In this document: positions 54,088 through 59,292 of the stretch, piece after piece
Layout of the letters: every line of letters starts with the position of its first letter
Position numbering within the stretch: position 1 is the stretch's first letter
Source: an uncultured Desulfobacteraceae bacterium
GTDB lineage: Bacteria; Desulfobacterota; DSM-4660; Desulfatiglandales; B25-G16
DNA: 59,292 bases
Direction: 5' to 3'
Assembly (NCBI GenBank): GCA_964389665.1
Contig: CAYMFC010000001.1
Location: forward strand, 1 to 59,292
The notes under the pieces: generated by a model
Database searches by the model: none
What the model saw: the letters and a program-made list of their open reading frames with translations, nothing else
What the model was told of the DNA's origin: nothing
Translations under genes and position numbers: made by a program

Positions 54088-54948
54088 TCACCCTCTCTTG
54101 CTCTTTTTTTCCTGGTATAGCCGTTTATCTGCGATGTTAATCAAGTCTTGCATGCTCATGCCTGATGAATAGGTCGAAAAGCCAACACTCGCACACACCT
54201 CACTCATCCCCTCGAACCCGCCCTTGATCCTTTGGCTTATGTTTTTTACTATTTGGTCATCAGCCTCAACGAGAATGACCGCAAATTCATCGCCCCCATA
54301 TCGAAACGCGGTGTCCACACTATCCCGTATATTCGATTGTATGATCTTTCCGGATTTGGAGAGCACGTTATCGCCCGCGAGATGACCATGATTATCATTA
54401 TACACCTTGAAATTGTCCAGATCCAAGATGATGAGAGACAAATTATGCTTTTGACGATTTGCCCTCTCGATCTCATCTCGAAGCTTATTGTAAAAATGGC
54501 GCTGATTGTAGAGACCGGTGAGGTCATCCGTTATCGAGAGTTTGGCCAATTTTTCTCTGCTATTTCTCTCTATCAAAATCCTCGAAATCTTGGCCTCAAT
54601 TTCATCGATATTGAATGGTTTGACAATAAAGTCCGTTGCGCCCGCGTTAATCACATCCATGTATGTGTAATCCTTATCGAAACCAGTCATGGCTATGATA
54701 CTTATGTCGGGGTTTTCCATGGAGACCATTTTTATAAGCTCAATACCGTTCAGGTAAGGCATGTTAATATCGGTAATGAGAAAGCTGTAGTCTCCGTTCC
54801 TGAGCAGCTCTATAGCGTTGTTACCGTCTTCTACATATTCAGCGTTAAACCCCAGGCTCATCAGAAGGCCCTTTACCACGTTACCGACCTCTACCTCATC
54901 ATCAACAATCAAGATAGCCTCTTTTTTATAATCGTATTTCTTTTCCAT
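54088..54948 (-). CDS. Response regulator receiver - GGDEF diguanylate cyclase
   Basis: 286 aa with REC motifs 'ILIVDDE' and 'LITDINMP', the GGDEF motif 'RYGGDEFAVIL', and an RxxD-like I-site 'RDSVD'. Confidence 0.9.
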   Translation of the reverse strand: MEKKYDYKKEAILIVDDEVEVGNVVKGLLMSLGFNAEYVEDGNNAIELLRNGDYSFLITDINMPYLNGIELIKMVSMENPDISIIAMTGFDKDYTYMDVINAGATDFIVKPFNIDEIEAKISRILIERNSREKLAKLSITDDLTGLYNQRHFYNKLRDEIERANRQKHNLSLIILDLDNFKVYNDNHGHLAGDNVLSKSGKIIQSNIRDSVDTAFRYGGDEFAVILVEADDQIVKNISQRIKGGFEGMSEVCASVGFSTYSSGMSMQDLINIADKRLYQEKKSKRG

Positions 54949-54973
54949 GATATGGGCAGACGCTAACCTCAGT

Positions 54974-56299
54974 CTAGGGACTTTCTATCATCTCGCCGAA
55001 TAAAGAATTTTGAAAAGCCTCAATAATACGCACCGTTACCAATTGTCCCTTGAGATCAGCCTTTGCGGGAAAGTTGACCACCTTATTTCCCGTCGTTCTT
55101 CCGGTGAGCTGAGCCCCTCCCCTTTTGCCTGGGCCCTCGACGAGCACTTCCTGGGTTGTTCCCTCGAGCAGTATATTCTTGGACAGGGTTATCTGCCTCT
55201 GTCTCTCCTGGAGGGCATACAGGCGTTGCTGCTTTTCACTCTCATCTACCTTATCCGGAAGTCGGGATGCCACAGTTCCTATTCTTTCAGAATACCTGAA
55301 TGAGAAGATATTATCAAATTGAATCTCATCTATAAACCGGAGGCTTTCCAGAAAATCAGACTCCGTCTCGCCGGGAAAACCAACGATTATATCGCTTGTG
55401 ATCGCGATGTCAGGCCTTGTGTTCCGGAGGCGCTCGATCAAGCGGATATACGTGTCCCTTGTATAGCCCCTGCGCATAAGGTGCATTATTCTATCGGAAC
55501 CCGATTGAACCGGCAGGTGAATGTGCGAGCAGAGTGAATGAAGGTCGCCAAAACAACGGATCAGTTCATCGGAGAGGTCTTTAGGGTGGGAGGTGGTAAA
55601 ACGAAGGCGTTTTAAACCTGGTATTCTATCCAGCTCCCTCACCAACTCAGGAAACCTCGGCGAGCCATTACCCTTTGCATTGTATGAGTTTACATTCTGG
55701 CCTATAAGGGTTATTTCCTTTATACCCTGGTTCACGAGATAGGTTGCCTCATCAATAACCTGTTTTGCCGGCACACTGCTCTCCCTGCCCCTCACGTAGG
55801 GGACAATACAATAGGTGCAAAAATTGTCACAGCCTTCCATAATCTTCAGGTAGCTGGTAACCTTTCCCTGCACGAAACCCTTACGTCTCATAGAAAGAAC
55901 CGGGTCAACAGTGATATCCGTTGCGCAGATCCTCTCACCTCTAGCCTTGATCTGAGAGAGATACTCTTCTACGCGGTGGATATTTCTCGGGCCCAGTACT
56001 AAGTCGAGATAGGGAAAACGCTGAAATAGCTCCATACCTTTTTCTTGGGCTACACATCCTACAATGCCGATGATACGGTCTGGATTTCGCCTCTTTAGGC
56101 TCGACAGACGCCCGATAAGGGACAGTGCCTTTGCCTCTGCCTTTTCTCTGACGGCACAGGTATTGACCATGATCACGTTGGCATCTTGCATGCGCTGCGT
56201 TTGCTCGTAACCACTGTTAATGAGGGCCTGGCTGATGCTGTCGGAGTCATACTTGTTCATCTGACAGCCGAAGGTCTTAATGAAGAACCGATCGTTCAC
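54974..56299 (-). CDS. miaB: tRNA-2-methylthio-N6-dimethylallyladenosine synthase
   Basis: 441 aa with 'FIKTFGCQMNKYDS', the radical SAM motif 'GCDNFCTYCIVP' and a TRAM C-terminus. Confidence 0.95.
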   Translation of the reverse strand: MNDRFFIKTFGCQMNKYDSDSISQALINSGYEQTQRMQDANVIMVNTCAVREKAEAKALSLIGRLSSLKRRNPDRIIGIVGCVAQEKGMELFQRFPYLDLVLGPRNIHRVEEYLSQIKARGERICATDITVDPVLSMRRKGFVQGKVTSYLKIMEGCDNFCTYCIVPYVRGRESSVPAKQVIDEATYLVNQGIKEITLIGQNVNSYNAKGNGSPRFPELVRELDRIPGLKRLRFTTSHPKDLSDELIRCFGDLHSLCSHIHLPVQSGSDRIMHLMRRGYTRDTYIRLIERLRNTRPDIAITSDIIVGFPGETESDFLESLRFIDEIQFDNIFSFRYSERIGTVASRLPDKVDESEKQQRLYALQERQRQITLSKNILLEGTTQEVLVEGPGKRGGAQLTGRTTGNKVVNFPAKADLKGQLVTVRIIEAFQNSLFGEMIESP

Positions 56300-56411
56300 T
56301 GTATCTCACCTCTCCTGCCGAGGACTTGATGCTCTACTGACCCAAATCGCTGATCTCTTTAGAAAAGGCGCAGAAACGTCACCCACCGAATCATTCATGA
56401 TGGCAGAGCAA

Positions 56412-56648
56412 TCACTCACCTGCCTTGACATGGATGCTCCCATCCTCTTTTAGGCAGTTGATGACCGATAGGATTTCCTTAATGCACCCCGGGGCTATAG
56501 AAATTTCAACCGTACCATTCTTTGGATCAATGGTCCGCATAATGGCCATCCCGTCATAGGACTCGATAATCCATTGCAAGTAACATATTTCGCTCTTTTC
56601 TATAGACAGGATCAATTTACGCGTTCGTGTTGTTGAAGGATGACTCAC
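56412..56648 (-). CDS. DUF4911-like small protein
   Basis: 78-aa ORF with 'ICYLQWIIESYDGMAIMRTIDPKNGTVEISIAPGC'. It may instead start at the TTG at 56615, 1 nt after the nadK stop. The family call is from recollection. Confidence 0.55.
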   Translation of the reverse strand: MSHPSTTRTRKLILSIEKSEICYLQWIIESYDGMAIMRTIDPKNGTVEISIAPGCIKEILSVINCLKEDGSIHVKAGE

Positions 56649-57504
56649 CCCACTTCAGCTTTGTCCTCAAGATATCAAAATAGTCCTGGTTAGGAGATTT
56701 AATAAGTTTTAGTTTTTTCTCCGATTTGGATACGATCACCCTGTCATGATCCATGAGATCGAACCCGACCTGGCCGTCAAAGGTGAGGAGAACCTCCTCG
56801 CTGTGTCCCCCCATCCTAATCTCGATGATTGATGTGTCCGGAAGGATAATTGGCCTATGCGTTAGGGTAAACGGACAAATAGGAGTCACGATGAGGGCCT
56901 CTAAATCGGGATAGAGTATTGGACCGCCGGCAGAAAGATTGTGGCCTGTCGACCCAGTAGGGGTCGATATGATGAGTCCATCTGCCCTGAATGTGGTCAG
57001 GAATCGATCATCGATCAATACTGCAAGCTCGATAATTCTCGCCAGTGCCTCTTTGTTGATTACCACGTCATTCAATGCAGAGAAACAACAGAGCTCCTCA
57101 CCATCCCTTATAACCCTCGCCTGGAGCATGAGCCTGGTTTCGATATCTATCTCTCCCGCAATGAGCTTTTCCATGTCCTCATAGAGCCTCTTAGCCGGGA
57201 TCTCCGTTAAAAATCCCAATCCCCCGAGATTGATACCCAGGATAGGAAGCCCATATCGGCCTACCTTGCGTGCGGCTCCAAGCAATGTCCCATCTCCACC
57301 CAACACGGCAACCCAGTCAACCGTATCGGGAATACTTGTTTCTTCTTCTGAATATCTGCGAGAGGTGGCCTTCGCCGACATTTCCTCTGTATACACGACA
57401 ATGCCTCTGTCCTCGAGCCACCCCTTTAGACGGCTGCACTCCGGTCTCGCAGGCTCGAAATTGTGCTTATAGATTATCCCCACTGATTTAGGAATACGTG
57501 TCAT
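56617..57504 (-). CDS. nadK: NAD+ kinase
   Basis: 295 aa with 'VLGGDGTLL', 'GINLGGLGFL' and 'ADGLIISTPTGSTGHNLSAGGP'. Confidence 0.95.
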   Translation of the reverse strand: MTRIPKSVGIIYKHNFEPARPECSRLKGWLEDRGIVVYTEEMSAKATSRRYSEEETSIPDTVDWVAVLGGDGTLLGAARKVGRYGLPILGINLGGLGFLTEIPAKRLYEDMEKLIAGEIDIETRLMLQARVIRDGEELCCFSALNDVVINKEALARIIELAVLIDDRFLTTFRADGLIISTPTGSTGHNLSAGGPILYPDLEALIVTPICPFTLTHRPIILPDTSIIEIRMGGHSEEVLLTFDGQVGFDLMDHDRVIVSKSEKKLKLIKSPNQDYFDILRTKLKWGESSFNNTNA

Positions 57505-57611
57505 TGGTCATTGGTTTCTAGATTCCGGAAACTAGAGAAAATACCCGGCAACCAGCACTGGAGGGATAACAGCATCAAGTATCCAGTTTCAAGTTTCGCA
57601 TCGTAGTTCAC

Positions 57612-58220
57612 CTATCGCGCCCACCTCCCGATTACCCTCCATTCATCGGCGAGATCCGAGGTCGTATCCACCAACAGGTGCACGATGGACAGCATGGGAA
57701 ATGAGTTCTTCAAATCATCCAGATCAACTGGCTCGAAGCGATCCTTGTTGTTGAGATAGGCCTGTTCAGTCAATGCATTTGATTCGTAGTTCTCCTTTGT
57801 TCTTTCCGAGATTCTCCGCAATGAAACCTCCTCTGGGCATTGCGTTTGCTGAATCACGAACACCCTGTCGTGCCGTGCGGCGATCTCTGCAGCCCTCCTC
57901 CTGAGCTTGCGGGTGATAAAGGTGGCATCCAGAATGATGCCCTCGCCCTTGCCCGCGAGTTCATCGGCGTGCCGAAAGGTTTCATCATAGACAAGCTCTC
58001 TCTTTTTCATATCAGAGGCGACCTTCTCGTCGAATATATCCTCACCTCGCAATACCTCGAGCCGAATAAGATCTGTTCTCACTATCTTGTAGCCCTTTAT
58101 CTCGGCAATCACCTCTGTGGTTTCTGTTTTATAGGTAGCAGGAAGCCCGCACGCGATGAGTACCGTCTCAGGCACCAACTCCCTTTTCATATACTCCACA
58201 AATGGCTCCCTCATATGCAC
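57612..58220 (-). CDS. Predicted kinase-fold protein (COG0645-like) with degenerate P-loop
   Basis: 202 aa. 'IACGLPATYKTE' stands where the family has GxPGxGKS/T. It is tightly coupled to the upstream APH-like gene (1-nt spacer). Confidence 0.55.
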   Translation of the reverse strand: MHMREPFVEYMKRELVPETVLIACGLPATYKTETTEVIAEIKGYKIVRTDLIRLEVLRGEDIFDEKVASDMKKRELVYDETFRHADELAGKGEGIILDATFITRKLRRRAAEIAARHDRVFVIQQTQCPEEVSLRRISERTKENYESNALTEQAYLNNKDRFEPVDLDDLKNSFPMLSIVHLLVDTTSDLADEWRVIGRWAR

Positions 58221-58221
58221 C

Positions 58222-59220
58222 TCATCCTATATACGATCTCGCGAGCTGAAAATATCTCCTCGCCGTACGGATTGCCTCTTCCTTCTTATCGGGTTCAATA
58301 CGTTCGTCATCGAGCTGAAAACTGGTTACCTTACCCCTCACATACGCTCGATACACCTTATAGAAGGCCAGAACGGGTTCTACCTCGCTCTCACGGGCAT
58401 GTTCTCGGTAGAAGTCCCACAGTATGGTGGAATGCCTGTTTCCACCATGGTATTCCAGATCCATCAGCAAGAACGCGATATCATTAAGTGTATCACTATA
58501 TCTGAATCTGTCGTTAAACTCAATGCAATCGAATATAGGAAGATTTTCAGTAAGGCATATGTGTTCCATATGGAGATCGCCGTGACAGTCCCTTACCCGC
58601 TTTTCCTTTGCCCTATCCATGAAGGCCCTTCCCATGGAGGTATAACATGATAATGTCCATCGCTTGAGCTCATCGAAGTCCTCTTTTCGAATCGTCGTTC
58701 CGATGTACTTCTCGGTCTGCGCGAAATTCTCGTCTGTATTTACCTTGAATGCCTCCGGGGATCCGAAGGCATCGATTTCAGGGGAATTGCGTGCGGTTCT
58801 ATGGAACCTGGCGAGAACTTCGGCGATCCTCCTCAGATGCCCTTCGCTTAATTCTCCACGGAGGAATACCGATTTCATGAGCATCTCCTCGGGTAACCGC
58901 TTCATCTTCACCGCGTATTCAACGATCCTCCCCTCCCCTCCTCCCATCCTGTAGTGGGCTCCGTTGTGCACTATGGGCAACACGCCTAGGTAGAGACCTC
59001 GAGATAACCTCCTGTTGAGCTTGATCTCCTGGTTGCAGTAGTATCGCCTCTTCTCTAAGGTAGTGAAATCCAAAAATCCGAAATCTACGGATTTCTTTAT
59101 CTTGTAGACGAATTGATCGGCGATAATCACCATCGAGATATGGGTCTGGATAAGGGATACTTCTTCGGTTTCATCAGGGAGATTAGCCGGATTCAAGAGG
59201 TCATCGATCATTGAGGACAT
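58222..59220 (-). CDS. Aminoglycoside-phosphotransferase-fold protein (COG2187-like)
   Basis: 'THISMVIIADQFVYKIKK', 'CHGDLHMEHI' (kinase catalytic-loop-like) and 'DCIEFNDRFRY'. I chose the ATG at 59220 over the ORF-track start at 59271. Confidence 0.7.
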   Translation of the reverse strand: MSSMIDDLLNPANLPDETEEVSLIQTHISMVIIADQFVYKIKKSVDFGFLDFTTLEKRRYYCNQEIKLNRRLSRGLYLGVLPIVHNGAHYRMGGGEGRIVEYAVKMKRLPEEMLMKSVFLRGELSEGHLRRIAEVLARFHRTARNSPEIDAFGSPEAFKVNTDENFAQTEKYIGTTIRKEDFDELKRWTLSCYTSMGRAFMDRAKEKRVRDCHGDLHMEHICLTENLPIFDCIEFNDRFRYSDTLNDIAFLLMDLEYHGGNRHSTILWDFYREHARESEVEPVLAFYKVYRAYVRGKVTSFQLDDERIEPDKKEEAIRTARRYFQLARSYIG

Positions 59221-59292
59221 GGTCCATCCTTTATTGTATGAGCCTTCACCAACATGACAGCAGCATTCCAATTACTTCGTGCATACTAAAGG

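Noticed and set aside
54232-54966. 244-aa plus-strand ORF antisense to the REC-GGDEF gene
   Set aside because: It is exactly codon-aligned antisense to a well-supported gene. It stays open only because the sense gene lacks TTA/CTA/TCA codons. The translation is low-complexity with no motifs.
1-59292. Scan for CRISPR arrays, tRNA/rRNA genes, transposases/integrases, toxin-antitoxin pairs and restriction-modification genes
   Set aside because: I found no regularly spaced direct repeats, no tRNA-like T-arm/acceptor patterns in the spacers, and no ORF with recombinase, transposase or methylase/endonuclease motifs.

Overview
This 59.3-kb window looks like a gene-dense chromosomal segment from a diderm (LPS-making), probably anaerobic bacterium. 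The gene content would fit a Nitrospirota- or Desulfobacterota-like organism, but I cannot assign taxonomy without a database search. All family calls rest on motifs read directly from the ORF translations; no search was run.

Layout:
- 0.1-17.2 kb: mltA, then a lipid A / LPS inner-core cluster. It holds lpxC, a DUF4390 protein plus an NtrY-like kinase, waaA, lpxK, three GT9 heptosyltransferases, gmhB, a Trm112/YcaR-like mini-ORF missed by the ORF track, GT2/GT4 transferases and a SAM methyltransferase. One GT2 gene is interrupted by a single in-frame TGA.
- 17.2-20.9 kb: a two-gene insert (coiled-coil lipoprotein plus an exported caspase-PEGA-FGE/SUMF1 protein) bounded by about 0.5-kb non-coding spacers. 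It separates the core cluster from the heptose kinase gene hldE.
- 21-33 kb: housekeeping genes (DUF4416, yicC-remA-gmk, rlmB, maf, tatD, an orphan GAF-GspE/PilB ATPase, argC, ychF-like, ttcA, yggS).
- 33-36 kb: a stand-alone NuoE/NuoF/HoxU-like diaphorase operon.
- 36-45 kb: rdgB, a phosphatase, exbB-exbD-ftsB-TPR, efp directly abutting a MetE-like gene, and a PflX-type radical SAM gene flanked by two MBL-fold hydrolases and a J-domain membrane protein.
- 45-50 kb: a livKHMGF-type ABC transporter operon with a highly structured palindromic element between livK and livH.
- 50.3-52.8 kb: a promoter-plus-terminator unit (candidate leader or sRNA) followed by a ParB-like plus spore-photoproduct-lyase-family radical SAM pair.
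- 53-59 kb: hbd, a 29-aa very basic bS22-like mini-ORF not in the ORF track, REC-GGDEF, miaB, DUF4911, nadK, and a split kinase / APH-like pair.

I found no rRNA, tRNA, CRISPR array, transposase or integrase. The loci most worth follow-up are the ParB-like/SPL-like radical SAM pair and the exported caspase-PEGA-FGE protein.
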